The notes under the pieces are model-generated. The model had not been told where the DNA came from. It was given only the letters and a program-made list of their open reading frames with translations, and searched no databases. Below, in pieces: positions 1-8,914 of a stretch of 64,000 nt of DNA. The DNA comes from an uncultured Alphaproteobacteria bacterium (GTDB taxonomy: Bacteria > Pseudomonadota > Alphaproteobacteria > Rhodobacterales > Rhodobacteraceae), in NCBI GenBank assembly GCA_963709765.1, contig CAVPXL010000001.1, positions 33,558 through 97,557 on the forward strand, in the 5' to 3' direction. Position numbers and translations under genes: made by a program. Position 1 is the first letter of the stretch, and every line of letters starts with the position of its first letter.

Positions 1-230
1 GGATGCGAGATCAGGTAGGTGCCGATGTCCTCCAGAAGCACGTCGCGCGGCTTGCCGAGCAGGCCGACGGCGGCACCGATCACGGCCTCGGTGAGCGCAT
101 TGTCGTAATGCAGCATCGCTTCGAAGGACTCGAAATCGAGCCCGGCGCCACATGCGACATCGCTCCAGACGCGATGCCCGTAGGTATCGCGTATGAAACA
201 TTCGATCGCTCTGTTGCTCAGCCCGTGCAT
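1..230 (-). CDS. H-NOX (heme NO/O2-binding, HNOB) domain protein, N-terminal part only; the 3' end runs off the left edge
   Basis: Not in the ORF track because no stop lies in the window. Manual minus-strand translation from ATG 230..228 gives MHGLSNRAIECFIRDTYGHRVWSDVACGAGLDFESFEAMLHYDNALTEAVIGAAVGLLGKPRDVLLEDIGTYLISH. This follows the HNOB N-terminal pattern (MxG...YG...W...F...YD...). Confidence 0.55.
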   Translation of the reverse strand, partial: MHGLSNRAIECFIRDTYGHRVWSDVACGAGLDFESFEAMLHYDNALTEAVIGAAVGLLGKPRDVLLEDIGTYLISH

Positions 231-346
231 GATATTCCCCACCTGACGTGCCGACCCTAGGGGCCACATCCCTAACAAACCCTTCAACACATCCCGAGAA
301 GCGCTCTCGGGGATGTTCGATTTGTAAAAGATTGTAATCGACTAGG

Positions 347-1921
347 TTAATAGTCGGTGGGGGCGCCGCCTTCCGCGCGGCGACGTTCCACGAAGTCGAC
401 CAGGGCGTCGCGGCTCGCCGCTTCCATTGGCGGCGGCTCGAACTGATCGACGATCGCGCGAAAGACGGCGTGCGCGCGAACAGCGGTCCAGACGCCGCCA
501 TCGGATTGCCAGGCCTCGAAATTGCGCAGATCGGACAGGAATGGCTGGTAGAAGGCCGTCCGGTAGCGCGCCTGGGTATGGGCGGCGCCGAAGAAATGCC
601 CCTCGGCGCCGACTTCCGCAATCGCCGACAGGGCCAGGTCGTCTTCGGTCGTCGCCCAGATTTGCGGCTCGCAATAGCGCTGGATCTGCTGCAGCACCTC
701 GCAATCCATCACGAATTTCTCGGGGCTGGCGATCAGACCGCCTTCGAGCCAGCCGGCGGCGTGATAGACGAGGTTCGAGCCCGACTGCACTGCCGCCCAG
801 AGCGAGGCGCAGGTCTCCCACATCGCCTGCGCGTCGGGCACGTTCGCGGCGCAGGCCCCCGACGAGCGCAGCGGCAAGCCGTAATGGCGCGCCATCTGAC
901 CGGTCATCTGGGTGGCGCGGATATATTCGGGCGTTCCGAAGGCCGGCGCGCCTGAGCGCATGTCCACGTTCGAGGTGAAGGTCCCGAGCACGCATGGCGC
1001 ACCGGGGCGCACCCACTGGGCCAGCGCGATGGCCGAAAGCGCCTCGGCGACGCTCTGGGCCACGGCGCCGGCCATGGTCACGGGCGCCATCGCCCCCGCC
1101 AGCGTGAACGGCGTGACGATCACCGCCTGCCCCCGCCGGATGCACCGCAGGAATCCGTCGATCATCAGCTCGTCGTGCTTGAGTGGCGAGGTGGAGTTGA
1201 TGTTGGTGTACATGTGCGGCGCCGCCTCGAACGCGCCGGAATCGAGACCTGCGGCGAGGCGCACCATCTCCATCGCATCCTCGACCCGTTCACGGCCCAG
1301 GCTGTAGGCGTGAACCACCTTGTCGGTCACGGTCAGCTTGTCGAAGATCACGTCGAGGTGGCGCACACGCGGATGGCTGTCCGACGGTTCCACCGGATAG
1401 CCCCCTGCGACGTGGATGCAGTTGAAGTACTGCGTGAGCTTCAGAAGGTCCCGGCAGTGAGACAGGCGTCCCGGCACCTTGCCCGTCGTCATGTCCCAGT
1501 AGTTCGGCGGCGACGAGACGTTGACGAAGGCCATGTTCCGGCCGCCGATGGTCAGGGCCCGGTCCGGATTGCGCGGCGTCAGGGTGAACGAGGCCGGCGC
1601 GCGCGCGATCATCTCGCCAACGAAGTCCCGCCCCATTCGCACGTTGTCCCCCTCGACCCTGAGGCCGGCCTTGCGGAAGATGGCCAGCGCCTCGTCGTTG
1701 AGGAAACGGATGCCGATCTCTTCGAGGATGCGCATGGCGACATCGTGGATCGCCAGGATGCCGGCTTCGTCGAGCGGCTCGACGGGGCGGTCCGCAAGGA
1801 CGGGGGGCGCCCATGGCGACTGGCGGATGACCGCCGGCCCCGCGCGCTCGGCGCGGCCGCTCCGGCCTCCGCCGCGTTTGCGCGGGATCGCTGCGTCGGA
1901 GGGGGAAACGTCCTGCTTCAT
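347..1921 (-). CDS. MttB-family (trimethylamine methyltransferase superfamily) protein, non-pyrrolysine type
   Basis: Based on ORF 347..2233. Its first 104 codons are Arg/Pro/Cys-rich and overlap the HAD gene, so ATG at 1921 (MKQDVSP...) is preferred. The body reads like the MttB family (DEAGILAIHDVAMRILEEIGIRFLNDEALAIFRKAG..., GAPAFGTPEY...). There is no internal TAG. Confidence 0.8.
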   Translation of the reverse strand: MKQDVSPSDAAIPRKRGGGRSGRAERAGPAVIRQSPWAPPVLADRPVEPLDEAGILAIHDVAMRILEEIGIRFLNDEALAIFRKAGLRVEGDNVRMGRDFVGEMIARAPASFTLTPRNPDRALTIGGRNMAFVNVSSPPNYWDMTTGKVPGRLSHCRDLLKLTQYFNCIHVAGGYPVEPSDSHPRVRHLDVIFDKLTVTDKVVHAYSLGRERVEDAMEMVRLAAGLDSGAFEAAPHMYTNINSTSPLKHDELMIDGFLRCIRRGQAVIVTPFTLAGAMAPVTMAGAVAQSVAEALSAIALAQWVRPGAPCVLGTFTSNVDMRSGAPAFGTPEYIRATQMTGQMARHYGLPLRSSGACAANVPDAQAMWETCASLWAAVQSGSNLVYHAAGWLEGGLIASPEKFVMDCEVLQQIQRYCEPQIWATTEDDLALSAIAEVGAEGHFFGAAHTQARYRTAFYQPFLSDLRNFEAWQSDGGVWTAVRAHAVFRAIVDQFEPPPMEAASRDALVDFVERRRAEGGAPTDY

Positions 1922-1988
1922 GAAGCCGAGCAAAGGCCATGCCGTGCCGCACGGGCCCCACGAATGCGACCTCGCGTGTCGCTTCTCG

Positions 1989-2690
1989 TCAGCCGTCGAG
2001 CCACGCCGGAATATGGCCGATATCGGGCAGGACCGCCTCCGCGTGGGGCTGCAACGCGGCGGCGCCAAGCGTTCCGGTCGTGACCGCGAGGGTGCGCATG
2101 CCTGCGGCCCGGCCCGCATGCATGTCGTGCAGCGCGTCCCCCACAACCAGCATCTGCGAGGGGCGCAACCCCAACCGCCCGGCAACGGCACGGAACGGAC
2201 CGGGATCGGGCTTGGCACCATGACCGGAATCATACCCGATGATCAGGTCGAACCGGGTTTCGACCCCTGCCCGGCCCAGATGTGCCCGCGCGGCAGACTC
2301 GGCGTCGTTCGTCACGCAAGCCAGCGCAAGCCCACGCCGCCGCAGATCTTCCAGCAGCGGTCGCAGCGGTGCCGCTTCGACCTGCGGCGCCGCCGCCGCC
2401 GTCTGGACAAGCCGGTTGATGAGACCGGCTCTGTCCGTCCGGCCCGGCAGAACCGGCAGGATCGCGTCGACCACGGTGTCCGGCGTCTCGGCGACGACGA
2501 CGCTGTCGGGGCGCAGGCGGTGCGCGGCCTCGTCCCAGCCGAGTGCAACGACGAGGCCCGCCCGTATCGCCGCATCACCGCAAGACAGTTCGTCGATCAT
2601 CGCTCCGGCCCAGCGCGACCAGGTTGCGTGGAAGTCGAAGAGCGTGCCATCCTTGTCGAAGATGATGCCACCAAGACCTGTCACGTCCAA
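1989..2690 (-). CDS. HAD-superfamily hydrolase (phosphoglycolate-phosphatase-like)
   Basis: ORF track. HAD motif I is present (IIFDKDGTLFD), and the C-terminal VGDALHDMHAGRAAG matches motif IV. An alternative GTG start at 2684 forms a GTGA overlap with the stop of the upstream DUF3572 gene. Confidence 0.8.
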   Translation of the reverse strand: MDVTGLGGIIFDKDGTLFDFHATWSRWAGAMIDELSCGDAAIRAGLVVALGWDEAAHRLRPDSVVVAETPDTVVDAILPVLPGRTDRAGLINRLVQTAAAAPQVEAAPLRPLLEDLRRRGLALACVTNDAESAARAHLGRAGVETRFDLIIGYDSGHGAKPDPGPFRAVAGRLGLRPSQMLVVGDALHDMHAGRAAGMRTLAVTTGTLGAAALQPHAEAVLPDIGHIPAWLDG

Positions 2691-2959
2691 TGCACCACGT
2701 CGCCGCCCGGAAGCAGGGTTCGCGCCTGGTTGACGAGCTCGGGGGGATGCGAGGCGTACTGGCAGAACGACAGCACCCAGCGGTCGTCCATCATCACGAA
2801 ATCGAGAACCGAGCCGAGGAAGGCCGGATCGCCAGCGCCGGTCTTGAGATCGTTCAGGGAGGCGCCGGTGGAACCCAGAAAGACGGGAAACAGTTCCTCA
2901 TCCGTCGCCAGCCAGCCCAGTGCCTGGAGGGCCAGAGCCTCGGCTGATTCTCGCTGCAT
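2681..2959 (-). CDS. DUF3572-like small protein
   Basis: Based on ORF 2681..3019, with ATG at 2959 (MQRESAEALALQALGWLATDEELFPVFLG...) preferred. It lies divergent from pleD. From memory, this pairing is common in Rhodobacterales. Confidence 0.55.
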   Translation of the reverse strand: MQRESAEALALQALGWLATDEELFPVFLGSTGASLNDLKTGAGDPAFLGSVLDFVMMDDRWVLSFCQYASHPPELVNQARTLLPGGDVVHWT

Positions 2960-3049
2960 GAACCTTGCCTCCTTTGAGTGGTAATTGTTCATTAACCCTT
3001 GTAGCGGAAGCCTTGCCATTACCGAAAGCAGCTCAGAGAAGAGGTGGCA

Positions 3050-4423
3050 ATGTCAGGGCGTATCTTGATCGCGGGAGCGGAAGCCCAGCGTCTCGACGCC
3101 CTTCGTGCGACTCTGTGCGAGGCGCGCTACGACGTGATCGAGGCCAACACCCCCGAAACTGCAATGCAGGAGCTGCGCACGGGCACGTTCGACCTCGTGC
3201 TGGTCGATGACGGCATCGACAACTCGCGCGGGACCGATTTCTGCCGCGCGGTGAAGGCGGATCCGATCGCGCGCGAAGTCTCCGTTATCGTCATGTCCGA
3301 GACGGACGGCTCGCAGGTCCGCCTCGAAGCTCTCGAGGCTGGCGCGGACGAGCTCCTGCGGCGACCCCACGACGAGGTCATCCTCATGGCCCGCGTCCGC
3401 TCGATCCTGCGCCTGCGCGAGACCAGCGAAGAACTGAGCCGTCGTCGCAAGACAGCGAACGAACTCGGCTTCGCGGAAGCCGCCGGCACTTTCGCACCCG
3501 CCGGACGGATCACGTTCATCACCGAGCAGAAGCGCGGCGCTGAATGGATCGCCCGGCTTCGCCCGCTCCTGCGCCACCGGATGCAGGTCGCCACACCGGA
3601 GGTCGCGCTCGAGGCAGCCAGCTCCGGCAGGGGTGCCGATGTCTATGTGGTCGAGGCCGGTGTCGACCGGATGGTGAAGGGCCTGCGCCTGATCTCGGAT
3701 CTGCGCAGCCGGCCGCAATCGCGCCATTCCGCAATTCTGGTCATCTGCCCGCGCGGCGATGGCGATTGCAGCGCCATGGCGCTCGACCTCGGCGCCAACG
3801 ATCTGGTTCCCAGCGACTTCGAGATTTCCGAGCTGGCGCTGCGGTTGCGCGGTCAGCTCCGCCGCAAGCGTGAGGCCGACCTTCTGCGGGCGGCCATCGA
3901 CGAGGATCTGCGGCTGGCGCTGATCGACCCGCTGACCGGGCTTTACAACCGGCGTTACGCGACGACCCATCTGGCGAAGCTGTCCGCTCATTCGGCCGAA
4001 TCCGGGCGCGCCTTCGCATTGATGATCGCCGATCTGGACCGGTTCAAGACGATCAACGATCGCCACGGCCATGGCGGCGGCGACGTCGTGCTGGTGGACG
4101 TGGCGCGCCGCCTCAAGGACAATCTGCGCGGAGCCGATCTTATCGCGCGCATAGGCGGCGAGGAGTTCCTCATCGCGATGCCCGACACGGACCTGCACGA
4201 GGCGACTGCGGCGGCAGAGCGGCTTTGCCGGATCATCGACGAGACGCCGGTTTACCTCCCCAACGGCACGCCCATCCACGTCACGCTCAGCATCGGCATG
4301 TCCGTGGGCGGCGGAAGACCAGGGGTCGATCCGGTGGCGGAGCTTCTCGACAAGGCCGACCGCGCGCTTTACGACGCCAAGGCCGAGGGACGGAACCAGG
4401 TCACCGTCAGCTCGGTCGCCTGA
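3050..4423 (+). CDS. pleD: PleD-type response regulator / diguanylate cyclase (REC-REC-GGDEF)
   Basis: Based on ORF 3044..4423, with ATG 3050 preferred. Two receiver-like domains precede a GGDEF domain. The active site reads GGEEF, and an RGAD (RxxD) I-site lies five residues upstream. Confidence 0.85.
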   Translation: MSGRILIAGAEAQRLDALRATLCEARYDVIEANTPETAMQELRTGTFDLVLVDDGIDNSRGTDFCRAVKADPIAREVSVIVMSETDGSQVRLEALEAGADELLRRPHDEVILMARVRSILRLRETSEELSRRRKTANELGFAEAAGTFAPAGRITFITEQKRGAEWIARLRPLLRHRMQVATPEVALEAASSGRGADVYVVEAGVDRMVKGLRLISDLRSRPQSRHSAILVICPRGDGDCSAMALDLGANDLVPSDFEISELALRLRGQLRRKREADLLRAAIDEDLRLALIDPLTGLYNRRYATTHLAKLSAHSAESGRAFALMIADLDRFKTINDRHGHGGGDVVLVDVARRLKDNLRGADLIARIGGEEFLIAMPDTDLHEATAAAERLCRIIDETPVYLPNGTPIHVTLSIGMSVGGGRPGVDPVAELLDKADRALYDAKAEGRNQVTVSSVA

Positions 4424-4518
4424 GCTTCCGCGCGCGCCGTCGCATCTGCCCATTGCGGGACGACGCACACGCATCGCAGACGGGAGGGGCGAGTCTGGAA
4501 TACGGCCAGAAGGATCCT

Positions 4519-4920
4519 ATGATCGTGAGCATGAGCGCGACTGAACCGACTTCCATCGATGACCGTCCGGTCGGCCCGGCCGCCCGGCGCGGCTGGCGGC
4601 GGCGCTGCCCGTCATGCGGCGAGGGCTCTCTTCTGAGCGGCTATCTCAAGGTCCGCGAGGCCTGTCCTTCATGTGGCGAGGACCTGCATCACCACCGCGC
4701 CGATGATGGCCCTGCCTACCTGACGATCCTGATCGTCGGTCACCTCATGGCGCCGCTGATCCTGTGGGCCTTCACCACGTTCCGCCCCGAACCGATGGTC
4801 ACAGCGACGATCTTCACGGCGGGTTGCGTCGGTCTGTCGCTCTATCTTCTGCCGCGACTCAAGGGCGTCATCGTGGCGATCCAGTGGGCCAAGCGGATGC
4901 ACGGGTTCGGCGCCACGTGA
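4519..4920 (+). CDS. DUF983 family membrane protein (zinc-ribbon plus 2 TM)
   Basis: Same frame as ORF 4225..4920. The upstream part is Arg-rich overlap with pleD, so ATG 4519 is used. Two CxxC pairs (CPSCGEG, CPSCGED) are followed by two hydrophobic helices. Confidence 0.75.
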   Translation: MIVSMSATEPTSIDDRPVGPAARRGWRRRCPSCGEGSLLSGYLKVREACPSCGEDLHHHRADDGPAYLTILIVGHLMAPLILWAFTTFRPEPMVTATIFTAGCVGLSLYLLPRLKGVIVAIQWAKRMHGFGAT

Positions 4921-5621
4921 CGGATCCCGCGCCCCGCGACGCCGCGACCATCATCCTGGTACGCGATGCAGCGACCCGGCCCCGGATCCTGATGGGTCAA
5001 CGCGGCAAGAAGGCGGCGTTCATGCCCTCGAAGTTCGTCTTTCCCGGCGGCGCCGTGGATCCGGGAGACGCAAAGGTGCCGCTGGCGCGTCCGATGGCCG
5101 GTCTCTGCGCGGGTCGCCTGAGCGAACAGGCCGGCACCGTCAGCGCCGCGACATTTGCCGCGGCCGCGATCCGGGAGCTCTGGGAAGAAACCGGCCTGAT
5201 CCTTGGTGTCGAGGGCGCCTGGCCGGGCGAGCCGGACGAGGACTGGCGCACCTTCGCCGCGGCAGGATACCTGCCCTCGCCCGCCGGGCTCTCCTACATC
5301 TTTCGGGCGGTGACCCCGAAAGGCCGGCCGCGCCGCTTCGATGCCCGATTTTTCCTTGCGGACGCCGCGCGGGTCGCGGGCGATCTCGACGATTTCTCGC
5401 GCGGCGCGGACGAGCTGAGCAATCTGAACTGGCTCGCGCTCGACGAAGCGCGGGAACTCGATCTGCCGTTCATTACCGAGGTGGTCCTGGCCGAAGTCGC
5501 CGAACGTCTGCCAGATCTGGGGCCGCCGCCAAGCGTGCCCTTCTTCCGCAACGACGACGAACTGAACGAGATCGCCCGCCTGGGCGGCCGGCGCCCGCAC
5601 GAGGTCCGCGGAGAACTCTGA
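4917..5621 (+). CDS. NUDIX hydrolase
   Basis: Same frame as ORF 4764..5621. GTG 4917 overlaps the DUF983 stop (GTGA). A Nudix-box-like segment is present: FPGGAVD...AAAIRELWEETGL. Confidence 0.75.
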   Translation: MTDPAPRDAATIILVRDAATRPRILMGQRGKKAAFMPSKFVFPGGAVDPGDAKVPLARPMAGLCAGRLSEQAGTVSAATFAAAAIRELWEETGLILGVEGAWPGEPDEDWRTFAAAGYLPSPAGLSYIFRAVTPKGRPRRFDARFFLADAARVAGDLDDFSRGADELSNLNWLALDEARELDLPFITEVVLAEVAERLPDLGPPPSVPFFRNDDELNEIARLGGRRPHEVRGEL

Positions 5622-5685
5622 ACTCACCGGGCGCATCCACGATGGTTCAGGTCTTGCGCATCGGACGGCGGGCGGCGCCGCGGCC

Positions 5686-5892
5686 CTAGAACCCGGCGCG
5701 TCCCCAGCGGACGCGCGCCCAGAACCGCTCGTAGATCAGGTAGGTGGTAAACCCGACGATGGTGTTGATCGCCGCCAGCGCCCCGCCGACGCTGGCCGAT
5801 CCGGTGGCGCTCCAGCCGATGCCGGTCATCATCAACAGCCCGATCAGGTTCCACATCACCGCTTTCACGAGTGTGCGCCGCCGCGTTTCCAT
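5686..5892 (-). CDS. DUF2061-like small membrane protein
   Basis: ORF track. The 68-aa product has two hydrophobic helices (VKAVMWNLIGLLMMTGIGW..., ALAAINTIVGFTTYLIYERFW). Confidence 0.6.
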   Translation of the reverse strand: METRRRTLVKAVMWNLIGLLMMTGIGWSATGSASVGGALAAINTIVGFTTYLIYERFWARVRWGRAGF

Positions 5893-5999
5893 TTGTTCCT
5901 CCTGTTGCCCATGTCGGGCTTTTTAATCCTTATGACAGGCGTTAGAAATTCCTGTTATCGTCACCAGAATTCCTCACTTGGTGAAAATATTCACATCCC

Positions 6000-6857
6000 A
6001 TGATACAACGCGACAAGCGAGACCGCGCACGGGTTCTCCGTGAACGAATTTCAGGGATCATGGCCGAACGGGGCATGTCGCAGAGCGCGCTGGCCCGCGA
6101 GATCGGCGTCGACAGGTCGACGATTTCGCAGATCCTCGGCGGGACGATGCCCCGCTTGCCGAATGCTCAGGTGGTGGCGGGGTGCGCCACCGCGCTCGGC
6201 GTCTCCTCCGACTGGCTGCTGGGCCTGAGCGATCGACCGGAGCGCGCGGCCGATGTCGTCGCGGCGTCGCTTTCGATCACCGCTGCACCGCGCGCCATGA
6301 TCGACGATCAGGTCTTCGTTTGGCATCAGGAGGCTGCCGGCTACAAGATCCGACACGTTCCCGCAGCGTTGCCTGACATGCTCAAGACCCCCGAGATGCT
6401 GCGCTGGGAATACGCGCCGCATCTGGGCCGCACCGTGGAGCAGGTCATCGGCGCCTCGGAGGACCGGGCCAACTGGATGCGCCAGATGCGTTCGGACTAC
6501 GAAATCGCGATGCCGCTCTACGAGGTCGCGAGCTTCGTTCAGGGCGTCGGCTACTACCAGGGGCTGTCGGCCGAGATCAGGCGGGCCCAGATCGCCCACC
6601 TGATCGCGGTTCACGATCAACTCTATCCGACGCTGCGGATCTTTCTTTTCGATGCGCGACGCGTCTTTTCGGCGCCGATCACGGTCTTCGGGCCACTGAT
6701 GGCCGTCCTCTATATCGGGCAAAGCTACATCACGTTCCGCGACAGCCAGCGCGTCTCGACCTTCACCCGTCATTTCGACCTTCTGGTGCGCGAGGCCGAC
6801 GTCGCCGCGCAAGATTTTCCCCGCCACTTGGAAAAGCTCGCGCGCGACGTGCGTTGA
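6000..6857 (+). CDS. XRE-family helix-turn-helix transcriptional regulator with a C-terminal domain of unknown function
   Basis: ORF track. The N-terminal HTH reads RISGIMAERGMSQSALAREIGVDRSTISQILGG. An AT-rich promoter-like stretch lies at 5920-5999. Confidence 0.7.
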   Translation: MIQRDKRDRARVLRERISGIMAERGMSQSALAREIGVDRSTISQILGGTMPRLPNAQVVAGCATALGVSSDWLLGLSDRPERAADVVAASLSITAAPRAMIDDQVFVWHQEAAGYKIRHVPAALPDMLKTPEMLRWEYAPHLGRTVEQVIGASEDRANWMRQMRSDYEIAMPLYEVASFVQGVGYYQGLSAEIRRAQIAHLIAVHDQLYPTLRIFLFDARRVFSAPITVFGPLMAVLYIGQSYITFRDSQRVSTFTRHFDLLVREADVAAQDFPRHLEKLARDVR

Positions 6858-6860
6858 GGC

Positions 6861-7904
6861 TCAGTACGGTTGCGGATGGGTCCGGTAGATCGCGGCAATA
6901 TCGTCCAGAACCTGCTGGTCCAGCGTCAGGTCGACGGCTCCGAGCGCCGTCTCCAGCTGCGCCGTCGTGGTGGCGCCAAAGATCGGGATCGTCGGGACAG
7001 GCCGGGTGCGCGTCCAGGCGAGCGCCATCTGGCAAGGGTCCAGCCCGTGTCGCCGCGCCACATCAAGATAGGCGTCTATCGCCTTGAAGGCGCGGTCTGT
7101 CTTGCGCCCGCCCAGATCGGGGGTGCGGGTCATCCGGCTGCCCTCCGGAATCTGGCCGTCCTGATACTTGCCCGACAGCATGCCGGCGGCGAGCGGCGAA
7201 AAGGCGAGCAGCGTGACGTCCTCGTGATGACAGGTTTCTGCCAGGTCGAGGTCGAAGAACCGGCAGAGCAGCGAATATTCGTTCTGGACCGAGGCGACGC
7301 GCGGCCCGCCGGTGCGCTCGGCCGCTGCGATCCATTGCATCGTGCCCCAGGCGCTCTCGTTGGACAGGCCGAAGGCGCGGATCTTGCCGGCGGCGACCAG
7401 CTCGGCCAGCACCTCCATCACCGCGTCCATGTTGTCACGAACCTCGGCCGTGTCCTGCGACGTCGGGTCGAAGGTCCAGCTCTGCCGGAAGTGGTAGGAG
7501 CCGCGATTGGGCCAGTGAAACTGGTAGAGGTCGATCATGTCGGTCTGCAGCCGGCGCAGCGAGGCGTCCACGGCCTCGCGCAGCGTGTCGGGGTATATTC
7601 CGCGCCCGTCGCGGACGAATCCCCCGTTCGCGCCGCTTATCTTGGTGGCGATGACGACCTCGTCGCGCCGCTTCGATCTGGCGACCCAGGTGCCGACGAT
7701 CTCTTCGGTATTGCCTACGGTTTCGGCGGTGACCGGGTTGGTGGGGTACATCTCGGCCGTGTCGAGAAAGTCGACGCCGGCGGCCAGCGCCCGGTCGATC
7801 TGGTCGTGGCCCTCGGCCTCGGTGTTCTGCGTGCCCCAGGTCATCGTCCCGAGGCAGTATTCCGAGACTTCGATCCCCGTCCGCCCGAGCGTCATGCGTT
7901 TCAT
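6861..7904 (-). CDS. Aldo/keto reductase
   Basis: Same frame as ORF 6861..8585, with ATG at 7904 ([24 protein letters not shown]...). The sequence AAAGGAGGAACAGGC lies immediately upstream and serves as the RBS. The upstream 227 codons of the ORF are Arg/Ser/Pro-rich antisense to the next gene. Confidence 0.85.
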   Translation of the reverse strand: MKRMTLGRTGIEVSEYCLGTMTWGTQNTEAEGHDQIDRALAAGVDFLDTAEMYPTNPVTAETVGNTEEIVGTWVARSKRRDEVVIATKISGANGGFVRDGRGIYPDTLREAVDASLRRLQTDMIDLYQFHWPNRGSYHFRQSWTFDPTSQDTAEVRDNMDAVMEVLAELVAAGKIRAFGLSNESAWGTMQWIAAAERTGGPRVASVQNEYSLLCRFFDLDLAETCHHEDVTLLAFSPLAAGMLSGKYQDGQIPEGSRMTRTPDLGGRKTDRAFKAIDAYLDVARRHGLDPCQMALAWTRTRPVPTIPIFGATTTAQLETALGAVDLTLDQQVLDDIAAIYRTHPQPY

Positions 7905-7981
7905 GCCTGTTCCTCCTTTTGAGGGGCAAGGGATAGCGGGCCTGCGCGCGAGGGCAAGGAAGGGGCCGCGCGAACTCTTGA

Positions 7982-7996
7982 GAACGTTTGCGGAAC
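7982..7996 (+). promoter_or_regulatory. Alphaproteobacterial-type LexA (SOS) box, GAAC-N7-GAAC
   Basis: GAACgtttgcgGAAC lies 18 nt upstream of the imuA-like ATG. A third GAAC at 7972-7975 is spaced by N6. Confidence 0.5.
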
Positions 7997-8013
7997 ATTC
8001 TAGGCTGTCGACC

Positions 8014-8652
8014 ATGGTGGACCTTGCCCCGCACCTTCTGACGCGCGCCGGCCGAGGCGGGCCGGCCCAGGCCGGTCCGGCCTTTCTGGACGGGCTGACG
8101 CTCGCCCCCGGACGGGTGCACGAGATCTGCGGCACGGCGCGGCGCACCCTGGCTCTGCTGACGGCGCGCGCCGTGAGCGGGCCGGTGATGTGGATCGCGC
8201 CCGCCTGGTTGCCGGACCGGCTGATGGGCGACGGGGTGCGCGCGCTGATCGACCCCGGACGGCTGATCCTGGTGTCGCCGACCCGGGCCGAGGATCTCCT
8301 GTGGTGCATGGAAGAGGCGCTGCGCTCGGGCGCCGTGCCGCTGGTGGTGGGCGACCTGCCCGCGCCGCCGGCCCTCACCCCGGTGCGCCGCCTCCACCTG
8401 GCGGCCGAGGCCGGCACGAGCGAACGGGGCGCGCCGATGGGCCTGCTGCTGACGCCCGGAGTCGGAGGGACGCCGGGGGTGGAAAGCCGCTGGTCGCTGT
8501 CCCCGGCCCATGCGGGCGACGCCGAGGGCTGGCGGCTCGACCGGCTGCGGGCGCGCACCGCCCCGCTCGCGGCCTGGCAGGTCACGGATCGCGACGGCAG
8601 GTTTCACCTCTCTGCCGCCCGAGGGAAGAACGCCCGGCCTCGGGGGCCCTGA
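8014..8652 (+). CDS. ImuA-like (RecA/SulA-fold, SOS mutagenesis cassette) protein, orphan
   Basis: Same frame as ORF 7537..8652, with ATG 8014. The pattern GRVHEICG...VMWIAP...[36 protein letters not shown]...[10 protein letters not shown]...SRWSL...W.L.RLRAR resembles ImuA proteins. The upstream LexA box supports the call. No imuB or dnaE2 lies nearby. Confidence 0.45.
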   Translation: MVDLAPHLLTRAGRGGPAQAGPAFLDGLTLAPGRVHEICGTARRTLALLTARAVSGPVMWIAPAWLPDRLMGDGVRALIDPGRLILVSPTRAEDLLWCMEEALRSGAVPLVVGDLPAPPALTPVRRLHLAAEAGTSERGAPMGLLLTPGVGGTPGVESRWSLSPAHAGDAEGWRLDRLRARTAPLAAWQVTDRDGRFHLSAARGKNARPRGP

Positions 8653-8914
8653 CGGGACCCGCTCGTCCGGGCGTGACCCAGGCGCGGCCATCGCCGTGCG
8701 ACATGGCAACCGCCCAAGAGCGCCGGTGCCGCGCAGGCCACGACCGACGCACACGAGGGTCGCCCGAAACGCCTCGGCAGCTTCGATCCTGCGCCGGCAG
8801 CCCGGCACGCATCGCTGCAGCGCCCGCCGACCGGACTGGCCATAAATCCCGCTGCGACCTTGCCTTCGCCGTCGCCACCGCCGCAGATGTCCCGACGAAA
8901 GCGGAGCCCGACGC

